Positions 1 to 13,243 of a DNA stretch of 64,000 nucleotides are shown piece by piece (the stretch's first letter is position 1; the number at the start of each line of letters is the position of its first letter). The notes beneath the pieces are model-generated. The model had not been told where the DNA came from and did no database searches. It worked only from the letters and a program-made list of their open reading frames with translations. The translations under genes were made by a program, and so were the position numbers. This DNA comes from Bilabrum cf. latius (Eukaryota), in the NCBI GenBank assembly GCA_965178125.1, contig OZ237760.1:310001-374000 (forward strand), given 5' to 3'.

Positions 1-3000
1 ATCCCCGCTTGTGCACTGCATTGCCAGCATCCCCACCACCCTGCTTTAGGTGCACCGCACGATCGCCCAGCCCTCTCGAGCTAGTGCTTGACCCCCGGCT
101 CCCCATGGAGGCCAGGCTCTCACCGCCGCTGTACTCGCTGCTGCCCTGACCCGGCCTGTCGATCGCCCGCCCGTATCCCAGCGCCACCCCAACGGACTCG
201 GAATCGGAATCGCCGGCCAGTTCCCTGGAGATGAGGAGCGTGTTGCTGACCCTCCGCTTCAGCTCCGAGTCTCCCCGCCTGTTCAACCCGTTGCCCCCGC
301 CCCCGCCGCTGCCACTGCCGCTGCCCCTGTTGCCCCCACCTCCCTCACCTTGCCCCTTCTCAACGGACATGAGTGCTCGCCCTTTTGCTTTTCCCTTGCC
401 CAGCCTCCCGTGGATCTCCCTCTTGGCCGCCTGTCTCGCCCTCTTCTTGTGTCTCCTCCTCGCCCTCTCCTGTCGCACCTGGCTCTTCCAGTCGTCCACA
501 GGCACGTCCACCATGGCGCTTGACAGCGAGCGAGAAGGGTCTCTCCCGTCTCCTGCCGATGCCCCGTCCTCCTCATCGTCCGTCTCCTCGTCTTCGTCGT
601 AGTAGGAGAAGCTGCTCCCGTTGGATGCACCCACGCTGCCTCCGCTGACCTGAGGACCAGCACCATGCCCATCCCCATGCCTCCTGTCCTTGGCCTTGGC
701 CCTGTCCTTTGACTTGGAGAAACTGCCTATCTTAGGCCCAGGGGCCTTCGTTGGTCGCAAGCCAGCGCCCGGCCCACTACCGGCTTCATTGGAGAGGCCA
801 TAGGCACGCGGCGGGTCACCGCTATGCAGCCGGAACAGCGACTCGTCTCTCAGCTGCTCGCTGTCGGAAGCAGTGGCAGGACCTAGTGCCCCTCCCATGC
901 GGTCTGTTGTTCCCTGGGTTGTTCCTCGGCTGCTTCCCTCGACTGGAACCACCTGCTACCACCCGAGCCGCGGCTGCACACCCTCCTGCCCTCCAGCGCT
1001 GGTGGGGCTGTTGCGTGCAACAGCCGAGGGGCCAGGCTCCATGTTACTACTAGTAGAACCACTGCCTGCTTCCAATATATCTGCTCCGAGACGATCGCCT
1101 ACGCTCTGCGAGCCCTCCACCAGCGGGGACATGGGCGGCGGCTTGGCGATCCCACTTGCGGCACCGCGCGATTTTGCGGAACTTATGTACCCCCCACGGA
1201 CCTCGGTCGGAATGATCACCTGCCCGCTATCCGACCTGTCTGCCACGGCAGGGCCCGCCTTTCCGTCGGTCAGCACATTCACTGCAGCATCGCTGGGCCG
1301 GGGCAGCGGCCCGCTGGTCCTGCTGTTAGTGGAGGACAGGCGCCTTGAGCCCAATCGCTTGCCCTTGCTGCTGCTGTGGAAGCCACCTGAGCTGCTGCCC
1401 GCCACAGACGAGCTGATCCAGCTCCCACCATCGTGGGCTCCGTTCCCAGGTGTGTTGATAGACCCGGAGGTGAGCATGCCGGAAGTCTCCATGGTGGCCT
1501 CCCGCACCGCCCTGAGCTCTGCGCCGTGGGACCGTATGGCGGGTCTGTGGGTGTATCCCTGCAGCCCGCTGGCAACCTCCATCGTGGGGGTGACACCTCC
1601 CGTGACCCTCGTGCCTGCCAAGCCCCCCGCAACACCCCAGCCCCTCACAACAGCATCCATGGGGCCAGCACCGCTACCGCTACCGCCGTTGCCGCCGCCA
1701 TCGACTGCCCCCAAATGGTCCTCCACAGCGGCGTCCGCTTCGTCTTCTCTAGCAATACCCGGCCCACCTGCACCTTGCACTGCACGATCGTGCCTTCCTT
1801 GTTCCCCCGAGGAATTTGTTCTCTGGGTCGTAAGCCTTCCAGTGCCGATAGTCACCCCTTGCAGGCTAGCGCTCCGCGACGTGCTGGGGTGGTCCCCGTC
1901 GCGATCGCCACACCCCTGGCTTGCCACGCTCCGTGTGGTGCTGTGGCCCGTGCCCGTGTATTCACGGGGGAGCGCCCGCTAGCCCTTGCCCCGCTCAGCA
2001 TGGCCTGCCTCTGCCTGTTTGTCAAAGGAGACTGCTGTCGGCGCCTCCCTTGCGTCCCTAAGGAGCCGTGCGGCCCTTCGCTTCCGGCTGCCCTTGAGGC
2101 ACGGGAGCATAGGGGAGGACTGGAACTGCCTGTGCTTGGGACCAGGAGCAACGGCGCCAGCGCCTTCCAGCGCCTGCATTGCACGGTAGTGCTCCGGGAT
2201 CGTGTCTGTGTCGGCTGCGCCGGCCCCGCGGGCGCCTCCCATGGCCAGTTTGGCGTGATCTGCGATCACGTCGCCGTGCACTTCGAACGTCAGCTCCTGC
2301 TACTGTCCTGTCACCCTGACTGACTTCAGGAGGGAGGCGGCGGCTGGGCTAATTCCTCTGACAACGCGCTTTCGCAACCGACTGACGTACACCTGGATTT
2401 GTGGAGGCGAGTAAACTTCCTCTCGCCGAGAGACAAGCGGCAAAACTTTGACTGGTATGTCTCGCAGCATGCTCAAAGCCTGGTCCAGGCTTGCGACGGC
2501 CGTTGGCGACGACGCTGCCATCGAACTTCGAAGGGCAGAAATCTGCGCCACGAGGCGCGACTGCTGCCGCTACAGCCATCGTTCCACCATTCCGCTCTCT
2601 TGTAGTCCGGGCGCAAAAAATACGCGAGAGCTGGTGTTTCGATGCGTTGCAAGCATCCACACTGCAGACTGGCCTTCTGCTCTCAGGAAGGGTTCCCCTG
2701 AAGAGCCTATCGTCCGAACACTGCACAAATCCAACGTACCATCATGTTTTGGTTCTGATTGATTGTGTGGCCTACGTACACCTAGATCTCTCGCATCCTG
2801 CGGTGACCAGCGGGATGCTTGCGACGACAAATGAGCTCTACTAAGCAGCAGCAACTGGTTCTCAAGCATTGATACACACCATAAAGTGTAAACTGAACAC
2901 GTTTCACTGCAGCAGGGGGGATTTGGAGCCGTGAGTGGCGGAATGCATCTCACTTCGTCGCTATACAACGTATTTGAGGCAGCCACTGATGACGTGCCAC

Positions 3001-3007
3001 ATCCCAT
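1..3007 (-). CDS. Hypothetical protein with N-terminal MGCG myristoylation/palmitoylation motif and long Gly/Ser-rich tail (paralog A; 3' end outside window)
   Basis: ORF pieces 2570-3007, 2300-2551, 1979-2281 and 956-1927 are in one frame, separated only by TAG; the frame stays open to base 1. Shares SRVFFxPG..xxExWL block with the 3166-6982 gene. 5' introns likely but unresolved. Confidence 0.65.
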
Positions 3008-3165
3008 GGCTCGTCAAAGTTACGGTTGCCGAGCAATACTAATTCAAATCAATTGAGTCTCGCCAATTTATGCGTGGATCGTCTGCCTCTCCGCCGGGAT
3101 GACCCGAATTGAACCTCTGATTACGGGCAATCTTGGTCGCAACACTACCATCATAATCTTCATCT

Positions 3166-6100
3166 TCATTTCACGTCGTCCAGCGCAAGCCTCACCACCA
3201 CGATGGACCCGATCCCCAAGTACTTTCTCATCCGCGAAAGAAACGCGCGGGATTTCATCAAAGCCGGCCAAACGTCGCCGGCGCTCGTCCTGACGAGAAA
3301 CAGCGGCGACAGGAGCACGAGGTTACGAGTGCCATCGGGAAGCACCGAAGGTGGCACCGAGTTGGAGCCCCGGCGCTGCGCCGTGTCGTCGCTGGAAACT
3401 TCGCAGCCGCGCCCTCGTGCAGAAGTGGGGAGCGGCCGCAGCTGCTGCGGCTGGGAGGAGCCTTCTCCGCCGGGGGTGCGAGAGCTGCCGATGTTGGGTG
3501 GCCCAAACTAGATCTATCTCGCACTCGCCGCACCCTGAGATTTGTGCCCAGCAGGCGCGCCGTCTCCAGAGCTTCCGTCTCCAGAGCTACCCTCACTACT
3601 AGGCTGCGCCTCAAGCCGCCCAGTGCCAAGCGCGCTGCTGGCGTCGCTGCAACCACCCAGGCTCTGGCCCCTGCCCTTGCTGCTCCTGCTTCCGGCGCTT
3701 GCGTCGATCGAGATGGGGCACAAATCGTCTTCGTCACACGTGAAGATCCCCGCCGCCCGATACGCTAGCATGCGTCGCTTGGGACTGCTGCCCGAAGTGT
3801 CCCCGCTCGTGTCTGGCCCTAGGCCTGCCGGCGAAACATGCGAAACATGCGAAACATGCGAAACATGCCCAGCGCTTGAGGCTAGCCCGCCAGCCGCGCC
3901 CTGCCCCTGCCCGCTCCTGGAGCCCGGCCCCATCGACGATTGCGCAAGCGAGGATGACTGCCGCCCGAGTCCCGAATCGTCCCTTTGGCGGATCATCGGA
4001 CTTAAACTCCCGCTCGGATTGTCGTTGATCGAGCTGCTAGGTAGGAACATGGAGCCGTCAGAGGCAGCCGAGTACAGCCCCAGATTACCGCTCCCATCGC
4101 GCCCCCACTCTTCGATCACGATCCCATCCGTGGATTCAGCGAACGTGCTCCCCGTAGCATCGCTCACCTCGTGCCGCGCTGCAGCGGCGGCCAGCGCCGG
4201 TGCAGCGCTAAGACCGCCGAAATGACCGCCTGCCAGTGGGGCTCGCTAGCTAAACTGCGGGGATGCATTCCTCGCTGTGGCGATTGCCGCACTCGAGGCA
4301 GAGGCAGACGCAGGTGTAGAAGCAGACCCGTCCAGACTGGGAGTAGGTGTGCTTGGAACATGCCCTGCCATACCACTGCCTCCGCCGGCTCCACTGCCAG
4401 GAGAATTGCCTGCCTCTGCCTCTGCCTCTACGTCTGTCTCTGCTTCGGCCCACATGGACCTGCTGAGGTTGCTTGAAGCTGCCGTGTCGGCGGAGGGCAG
4501 CGCAATGCCGGATCCCAATTCGGCTTCGAGTCGAGAGGCGCCGCTCGAGATGGCGCCAGATGCATCAGCGGCATGAGGTGATTCATGAGGGCCCCCTTCG
4601 CTGAGCGAGGAGGGCCCGCGGTTCAGCCGATTGCTGTCGATAGCGATGAACTTGCTGGACCGCTTGATGCCAATGCCCTGCATGCTGGTGGTGGAAGAGC
4701 TGCCCATGAGCCCGATGATGCGGTCGCGCACGGGTTCCTAGGTCTAGTCTGGTGCATTTGCGATCGCAGCTTTGGTTGGCCCTTCAAGCTGCTGCTTGCC
4801 GCCACTGGGCTGAGCGCCCTCTGCCAGTGCAGGACCGGTGCCGCCGACCCCATCCTGGTGCAGCCCAGCAGCTGGTATGCCGATATGGCCTCGTGCGAAG
4901 TATTCGCTGTGGGCTGTGGCCGGAGCAGCTGCTCCGAGTGGACGAGTGTCGACGTTCGTTCGCTCAGTCAGCGCCGGTAGTGCGTGTGTAAGACCCATGG
5001 GTCTTGCACCCATCAGTCGTGCACGTATCAGTGGCTGGGCTGTTGACGGGCGAGACTTCGGCTTGCTGGTCGTCGCGTGGTTGCCAGAGCCCATCATGAC
5101 GCTCAGTGGGCGGCGTCTGGAACGAGACTTTACATTCACGAAATCTGCCGAGACGAGCACCCTGTTGTCTACTCTGCTCACGTGGTTCCGCCGACTCTTG
5201 GCTGCAGTATTCTTATTCTACTTCTTCGTCGTCTTGCGCCCGCTCGCATCCTCCTAGTCAGCACCGCCCTTCCGCAGGGAACGTTCCTTTTTCATCCCAC
5301 TATTGCAATTCTTGCGTGTCGTATCAGACCCAACCATACCCTTGCCCTAAATCGGAGCCACAGCTGCCCTGGCGCTGGCTGTTGGAACATCAATCACGGC
5401 GTTTCGCAAACCGGATTCTGGTAACTACACGCTACTTCCAGACGACGGGTCCAGCTCCACTGTTTCACCGAAGATGTCGGCAGGCCCCCTGGTCCCGCTC
5501 CCTCCCTTCTCCCCGCCTTTCCGAGGATGCTCTGGACTGTGGACTGCGAGCGACTGGGCTTCCCCTGCTTGGCGTGTGCCGGGGACTTCGACACCGTGCG
5601 GCTCACCTGATCGATCGATGCAATGGGCTTCCCCTGCTTGGCGTGTGCCGGGGACTTCGACACCATGCGGCTCACCTGATCGATCGATGCAATGGTCGGC
5701 CACACCCGCCAATGTGACAGGGCCACTACCCCCTGTTGGTCTCGGTGCGAGGCCCCGCTGTTCCCCTTCCCGCGCCATGGCCCCTGACCCCGCAAGTACC
5801 CCGGCGCCTCCCCTATCCACAGAGGAGGAAGCGCTCCCTGCAGTGCCCCCTCGGGACCTGTCCTCTGCTTGAGGACTGAGGAACCCGAGCGGAACCGCAC
5901 TCGTCACACGCTCACCCCCGTGGCGCGGCGCGGTGGGCGAGAAGCTCCGCGACGACCGGTCGCCTGCTGCGTGCTGCCTCTTCCACCACTGCTCCCGGCT
6001 GTGCTTGAGGCAGGGAATTAACGGTGATATGTGAGCGTGGCGGTGCCTGGGCATCCATCTAGAGTTTCCGGGCTGCTGGGTGCAGGTGGATTCGATGCCA

Positions 6101-6982
6101 GTGGCGGGCGGCTGAGCAATCGGTCTGCTTGAGGCAAGTGCTTGCTCATGCTCTCCGCAAGTAGTTGTTGGCACCAGCTCCAGCGCCACGCTCGGCCCGG
6201 CGGGGACCGACGCGTGCATCCAACGATTGTCAGTTCTTCCTGGATTCATTGCCATGATGGATACGGAGTGTGAGTGCCTTGCATCACCTACCACGGGGTA
6301 CATCGTTTGCGCCCAAAGAGACGGTAGACGCAAGCCAGCCTACCGGACGATGGAGGCCACGGCAGCGTCCTTATCGCGGACACTACTACGAAAGCGCATG
6401 TATGGCCTCCCTATGTACAACTGCATTGTACTCGGGGACAATCCGTCGGCGATGCTCGCGGATAGTGATGTCACCTTGATCAGGCGCTAGTGCTCATGTG
6501 CCAACCTCCTCGCATGCCGGTGGCTAGCCCCTTTTGACCTTGCGATGACGACTCGATTATCTACCTTTCGCAACCAAGTCTCGATGGCTTCAGCCTCAGT
6601 TGATCCTGGTGAGAAGAATACACGAGAAACCTGGTTTCGGCATGCGGCAACCGCCCACAGCGCGTGCGGCTGGGCCCCTTCCCCAGATGGCCTAGGCGCA
6701 GACCTCTTCCGATCACGTACATAATCTGCACGATTGCTACCAATCATTGGCGGATTCGGACGGTTGTCGTCCTCGTGCGCGCGGGACACTAGTCTGTTGC
6801 TATCCTGCGGAAAACGACTTCAGGTTGCTGGAGGCCCAAGCTGAGCCTATGACATCAACAAGAGCTTGGGAGTATATCTGTCCATACAACATCCTCACCT
6901 TTCGGTTTGTTTGAATCATTTCGCTGTCTTCCGTACCATCATAGCCGGAAGGAGGTGCAACGGAGGACGCTCCACAACCCAT
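3166..6982 (-). CDS. Hypothetical protein with N-terminal MGCG acylation motif (paralog B), mostly low-complexity
   Basis: From ~6820 down to TGA at 3166 one frame is interrupted only by ~11 TAGs. Starts MGCGASS with a GTGAGG donor near 6899; exact 5' splicing and the last ~100 nt are uncertain. Confidence 0.6.
3831..3868. repeat. 9-bp tandem repeat (GCGAAACAT)x4, in-frame HVS repeat
   Basis: Directly visible. Confidence 0.95.
5555..5694. repeat. 69-bp tandem duplication (2 copies), in-frame 23-aa repeat
   Basis: TGGGCTTCCCCTGCTTGGCG...GATCGATGCAA at 5555 and 5624. Confidence 0.95.
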
Positions 6983-7234
6983 CTCGCAGCCTTTACTAAT
7001 CGTATGGACTTTTCTTCAAGCCTGGTTAGGCTAACTCTACTAATTAGCGACTCACAGCAAGTACAGACCGAGACGATACTCCGTGATAGAGTACTTTCTG
7101 GTCACTGGGACAGGGACGCCGAGGTCGGCCTCAACAACAATTTTATTATCTTCATCTCGTGGGGGTCGCAACAACATCTGGTCGCAAGGAGAGTGCGAGG
7201 GCAAGCAAATTGCGCAATCTACAAACTAAGAACG

Positions 7235-8704
7235 ATGCTATTCAGCAGATTTCCGTCCACACTTACTGCAGCCTACATAGTTGGTGCAGCCTACATAGTT
7301 GGTGCAGGTGCAGCCTACGCGGCATGTGCACCACAGCCGTCACCTGTTGCACCTTAGCAGCCACCTGGCTATGTGGACCACCTCCCTCCACCTTGGTGGA
7401 AGCCATCCAGTATGCAATGCGGCCCAAGCATTCCATATCCATACCGAAACTTTTCGATGGCCCCGCCGTGTCCAGCAACTGACGATGGGGGTCATCTGTG
7501 CACCTGCTACAAGAAAGAGTTCACGGTGTGTCCTTGGCAGGACTCCTTCTCGGAATGCCCGAAAAATGCCTCAACCGGAAGGTATAATTCGGTACGACAG
7601 GAGTGCTACGGAGCAATCGGACCGCAGTGGGGTGCGATCCTGTCGACTTGCGACAGCATTGGTCCGGGAGGCACACACCCAATCGGTGCCGCGTGCCTGA
7701 CGAACCCATTCTCCGAGGTAAACGTGCGGTACATGGCATCATACCAGCTAGTTATTGATGAAGAGAGGCCCGAGACGGGATCTAAGTGGCAGTTACGGGA
7801 CGACATGAGCATAAACTCGCAAGGCGAGCATGGTCGACTCGCGAACCTCTCTCGCATCGCGCAGCCGAGCGTGGGTGCCGAGTGGGGAGCGGGCTATTAC
7901 TTTAAAGATAGCATGAAAAGTCCACGAGGGCTAGGACCACCGGGCATGCTCTTCGTTCTGAGCGTGGACTCCCTCTGGAACGCAGCTTGGTTTCTGGTCA
8001 ACCAAAGGACTCTTGACCTAGGACCAGAGGTAGCGCTGCCCAACTGCAGGCTCGGTGATGACCCATCACACCCGATCCGCCCCACAAATTGCTGGGGCGA
8101 CGCCCCTGGCGCGGAAGCGGGCGAGCTGGACCTCCTGGAGACGCCCTTCTGGGATTCGACCCTGCGCAGCGACGAGGGCTACAGGCGCATGTACCTCACC
8201 ACATACGAGTCCACCGGGTTCTGCAACCCGCAGAGGAACAGCGCCTACAAGCAGTACAACAACGGCGCGGGCGGGCACGGCACCACGAGCTACTTCGAGG
8301 ACGACCCAGTGCCGGCGCCGCACCTGTACGCCGCCGTGGTAGACGCGGCCGGAGTGACGGTCTACAGGGACCCGGACTGGCCGGGCCTCACCGCAGGTAG
8401 AGCTGCTTCCACGCTGCCCCTCCGTCCTAGGACCCAGCCGGCCTCTAAGGGAGCCCCCTGCCCCGCCTCGGCCTCCTCGTGCGTGCGATTCAACCCGCTG
8501 TGCGTGACCGTGCCGAGCAACGAGACGACCTACAAGATCGTGGGGGGGCCAGGGAACAGCAAGGTGGTGCGGTGCCCCGGGGTGGCCTCCTTCGGGATGA
8601 CACCGCAGTGCGTTGCATCTTCGTGGTGGAACCTGTTCGCAGACACGGGGCAGTGGGAGGCCGACATCAGCGGTAAGGAGGGCAGGGAGCATCGAGATGG
8701 ATGA
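7235..8704 (+). CDS. Secreted Cys-rich protein with GH16-like ExDxxE motif (putative beta-glucanase/transglycosylase)
   Basis: ATG 7235 gives hydrophobic signal-like MLFSRFPSTLTAAYIVGAAYIVGAGAAYA, joined to the 7373-8704 ORF through one TAG (7355). Contains NCW...GELDLLET; ends TGA. Confidence 0.6.
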
Positions 8705-8938
8705 TGCAGCAGTGCGATGCACCAGGAGCCAGGATTGAGGCAAAGTAGGGGGGTTTCATCTAGGCGAGTGCGCGCCTTGTGCTTCTGACGCCCTACTAGC
8801 ATTGCGGGCTGCTCAGCGCCGCGTGGTATATTTGATGCGTTCTATGTTGTCTTATTTACGCGTTTTATTGTAGCATGACTGTGTGCGCGTGCATCAGCAC
8901 CTGCTGCAAGCAACAGGTGCATTCACGGGCACAATCGC
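8534..8938 (+). repeat. ~400-bp direct repeat, copy 1 (3' end and 3' flank of the GH16-like gene)
   Basis: AAGATCGTGGGGGG...CACGGGCACAATCGC recurs at 13358-14009. Confidence 0.95.
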
Positions 8939-9510
8939 AATCCCAATTTTGGATCAGTGCTGCGACGCCCTCGCAGCTCGGGCGCTGGAATTCACCCGAG
9001 ATCGAGTTCGCGAGGGCCCTGGACGCCGAGGGTCTCCCGATGAGTCAAAAAGGGTGTGGACAGTGGGGCAGGCCGCTGGGAGCGGAGCCTCGGGAAAATA
9101 GCAGAAGCAAAAAAACATCATCTGGCGGAGTCGCTGGCTCTGGTTCTTCCGGTTAGGGTTCTTCTGCACGGGCGGGAAGCGCGTCGGTCGCAGTCACAGG
9201 TGCCTCGGGGGGGAGGGGCAGTAGCAAGCGCAGTAGGGCGCCTCAGGGGCAGCACAGGGGGGGGGGGAATAGTCCAGAGAAACCTCTCAGACGCCCAAAT
9301 GGGTGGGCCGGGGGTTGAGGGGGGCGCTGCTCAAACTGGTCGCAAACCGAAAGCACTTGGGGGTAGGGGTGATGAGGGGGGGCTACGACGTGAAGAGCGA
9401 GCCTGATAAATTTCCAAGGCAATGAATTCAATAAAAAATACTAAGTGCGTCTGACTAGCTTCAACATCATATCACTTTATACCGCACTTGGGGCCAAACA
9501 CCTCGAACAA

Positions 9511-11451
9511 TCACCTGTCGCTCAGCAGCGCTCCCGTGGCAGCTACGGCCAGCACCATCGACAGCCAGGCAAGTGCCTCGAGCGACCCTGCGCCCGGTCG
9601 CAGGCCAGAACTGGGGCTCGAACTCGGAGTCGGGGACGCAGACGCCCCGTGAGACACAGACGGCCCCGCGGGAGAGGGGGAAGAGGAGGCACTTGGGGGC
9701 AGCTGGCTCGTGCTCGGGGTGGGGGACGGGGGCGTCGAAGGCGCTGCGGGCGGCGGGGACGGCTGCACGTCGTCGTACTTGAACCCGAAATGCACCGCAG
9801 CGCCGCCTTGAGGGTACTGTGACCCGGCGAAGGCGCCAGCATCGGTTGCAATCAGCTCTCTAGGTCCGAGCTGCAGCTTCAGGTCGTGGGGGTACATGGC
9901 CGCTGTGACGAGTACTAGGCTGCCGGAGGTGCGGTCGGGCTGCAGCGACAGCACAGTTGAGTTGACTGTGTCCAGACACAGCACGGTCATGGGCTCCGCT
10001 GCAGATCGCCCTGGCTGCGCGGCGCACGCACGGGTGCCTCCGCCGTAGTATGGCACTTCGCTGAGGCCAGAGCGTACCTGTTGCATCCTGCCCGACGAAT
10101 CCATGGTCATTTCTACCCAGACCATGGCGGATGTCTCCATCTGGAAGTAGGCGTACCACTTGCCCTGGCTAGAAGCGATGGCGCTCGTGCTCCCCCGCTT
10201 GCTCCCTGCAGGAGGACTGTTCCCTGGCCCTGGGAGCCCCCCTACAAGAAATCGACGAGCCTCATGGTGCGGGAACCAGCTGCTCGGATCGGTGGCCTTG
10301 GACGCGTAGGCGAGCGTGAGGCCGGATCCGTCGGGCGTGATCTCCACGATCGCAATGCCGGTGTCGGTGAGGTAGGCAGCGTCGTTGTCGTCGTGCAGAG
10401 GCGCCTAACTCGTGAGGATTAGCAGCCAGAACGAATTTGTGGGCTCCATCGGCCTGGCTGCAAGCACCATTAGTGAATCATCTGTTTGTACCCACCCCCT
10501 GGTGTCGATCGGCGCGCCAGCGGTTGCGACCGATGGCGACAGAGTGAGCACCTGACCGTGCTCGCCCGCGTTGGGACGGAGTGGGGAAGTGAGTATCCTG
10601 ACCTTTGGCGCGATTCCGGGACCGTCGCTTTGCCTCCGTGTCCACGCAATGCCCACAATGTAGTTGTTGCTGGGAGAGATGCCATTGATTCGACGCACGG
10701 CAATCCCACCGTTTGCAGCCATGCTCGCTTCGTACAGGTACACCACGTCGTTGTACGATGGTGAGGCGGCGAGGTACACTTTCGCAGAGCCTGCCTAGGT
10801 GCTATCTCCCGGCCAGACATCTGCCTCCAATGGCCTGATGGACGAGTATTGCTCGCTTCCAGGGAGTGGAATCTTGCCGTTTCCCAGGATGCAGCTTGTC
10901 GGCAATCCGCCGGCAGAGCCAAGCTTCCATTCGCACGTGACCACCATCAAGCCAGTGAATGAGTAGTACTGATTCGGCTGCCATACCACAGTAGCAGCGT
11001 GGCGGAAGCTGCCGTCTGGCATCTGCATAGCAAGAGGTGCAGAATACGAAGCCACGGAGCTCGCCCCGTCTACTTCCAGGTGGCCGATGGATGCGACATT
11101 TGCTGTCATCCCACCCGGCATAACTGCAGTAATACTAACCGTGCCATTCCCATCATTGAGTGCGTTCAAGTGATAGACAAGCCCGAAAGGCCCACCGCTG
11201 ATTGCGCCAAGATTGGATCTGTCAGAGCTGCTCCACTAGCTCCTTCTTCCAGTCAAAGCGGCGGATCCAGCACCACGGCATGCAGTGCCAGATGCGTATT
11301 TTTGGATATCATACGAGCACACCGGAATGTCTGATCCAACACACGCACGTGAAACCAAAACAAGTAAAAGCGAGACTACAACTGCCAATCGCTCCTGGTG
11401 CAATACCAAATACCTTCGCGAACCACTACTGGCAGGGAGTGTACACTGCAT
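9511..11451 (-). CDS. Probable GPI-anchored or membrane-tethered surface protein
   Basis: Four same-frame ORFs joined by TAGs at 11236, 10795 and 10405. Hydrophobic LAVVVSLLLVLVSRACVG near the N-terminus, Pro/Ser stalk, hydrophobic C-terminal tail, TGA stop. Confidence 0.7.
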
Positions 11452-11737
11452 ACAGTATGCTCGGAATATGCCTTTAGTATTTTATGCTCCTTATCAGGCG
11501 CCGGCCAATGTGTGTGTGAACAAATCGTACCATTACATTCAATCTTCATCATCACCTCTGGCTGGCGAGGGTAGCACGCGACTTCAACCTACACAGTACG
11601 AGTAGTTACTCGGATTTTCGGGTTGTGTGCTTATAACCTTATCGTGAATTGCATCTTAAACCAGAATTCCTTCCTGCCTTCCTTTCCTGCTACACCTGCA
11701 AGGGGCGCTCAACCAGTGGGATCCGGCGGAGGAGGTC

Positions 11738-13243
11738 GTGGAAGGTGCGGCGGCAGGTGCCGGGGAGGCACCCCCTCTGCTGAACCCACTGCGAGGGCGC
11801 ACCGCGCGCCAGATCTCCCTTGTGGACACTGTGATGACCGCAATCTCGAAGTACGGGATACTCGTACAAGAGGGGAAGCAAGACAATTTCGGGATGGCGG
11901 GTTTCCCGAGTCCGTTGCTTCCACTTGTTCCGGAGACTGACGCCTCCCCACGCTATGGCATGGTGTGGGACACAGCCCGCACTTCGGAGTTCCTGGGCAG
12001 CCCAGCCGAGAAGGCAGCCCGTATGGAGCTGTGCGGTGGGGCCACTGAACCCTGGCGCCTGGAGGTGAAGGACCTTTGGGCATGGGTGACGAGGCAGCTG
12101 GCTGGGGAGCAGCCGGCACCCACCGCATCGCAGGCGGTTATTCGTTTTCTCGAAGGTGCCGCAGGAGGGCACAACCAGAGCCATGTGGCGGCACTGGCTG
12201 GGCGAATGCAGGTGGAGAGGCTCCTCTGGGATGCCTCATCTCCGCTTGCGCACGACAGACTCGCTCCAGTCGATGCAGTCACCAGAGAGTACGCAGGAGT
12301 GGCGCGAGCCACAATCCGCGCCGCCAGGTCCCAAGGAGCCGGGTCTTGGCTGCATGTGCCGCTCTCTGTCCTGAGCCGAGTCCAGCCTGAAGATGCCCGG
12401 GGCATGTTCTGCCAGCGCCTCGCCATCCCATAGCCGTGCAGCTGTCCCCCATAACCTCTTGGGGCAACGCACGGAGCATGTGGGGAGCCAGAAGCAGGGC
12501 AGGGTAGTCGAACTGATCTAGTCAGTTCGCCACGGTGCCACGTGTGCAAGGACAAGCGAGTCTGCAGAGGCCTCCCAGGCCGCAGGCACTTCCGGGTGCT
12601 CAACGTGCTCGAGCAGGTGGTCCGCGAGGCCACGGGCAGACGCCCTATCCGGGAGCCAGAGGGCCAAGTGGCCCGGCTGCCGAGTCGGCGCGGTCCGCTC
12701 GTGCCACGAGGCGACCTGTTCTTTGAGCACGAGGGGACGGCTTATCTCATCGATGTCACGGTGGTTGATTCCACTGCGGCAACTTACCGGTGGAACCGCT
12801 CGTCGTGGAGAATTGGTAGCGACTGGCAAGAGGGGTCTGCTTTGCGGGCCGCGCATGCCACGAAGCTGGCCAGCTACGGCAGGCCCGTCGACCTCGAAGC
12901 GCTCGGCGTCCGGATCGGAGATGAAGACAAGTGGTGTCCAGGGACTGAGAGGACACAGGAAGGGGCGGTGCGCAGTGGCGTGCGGGTCGTACCCTTTGTG
13001 GTGGACGTGTTGGGGGGGATCGGGGAAAAGTCGGTCGAGTTCCTGCAGGTGCTCGACACGTTGCGGAAGAAGCGGTAGGAGGACAAAGGGCGGCGGGTTT
13101 CGACTCGTCCGGCCAACGCGCACCTCTCGTGGTCTTCTGTGGCTAAGGCTCCCCTCTCCGTCGCCGCCAAGCACCAGCATGTGTGCGTTCACCAGGGTCA
13201 GCAGCTGCGACTGCTCCTCCTTGGACTCCACTCTGCGCGTTGA
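11738..13243 (+). mobile_element. 5'-truncated non-LTR retrotransposon remnant (CRE/R2-group, zinc-knuckle region plus restriction-like endonuclease; no RT domain seen)
   Basis: GAGSWL..P, QRLAIP, Cys-rich segment, RH, EP, RGDL..IDVTV, K..SY and VPFVVDVLGG motifs typical of REL-type element C-termini. One frame with TAG at 12431 and 13076 and TAA at 12452; TGA at 13241. Confidence 0.75.
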
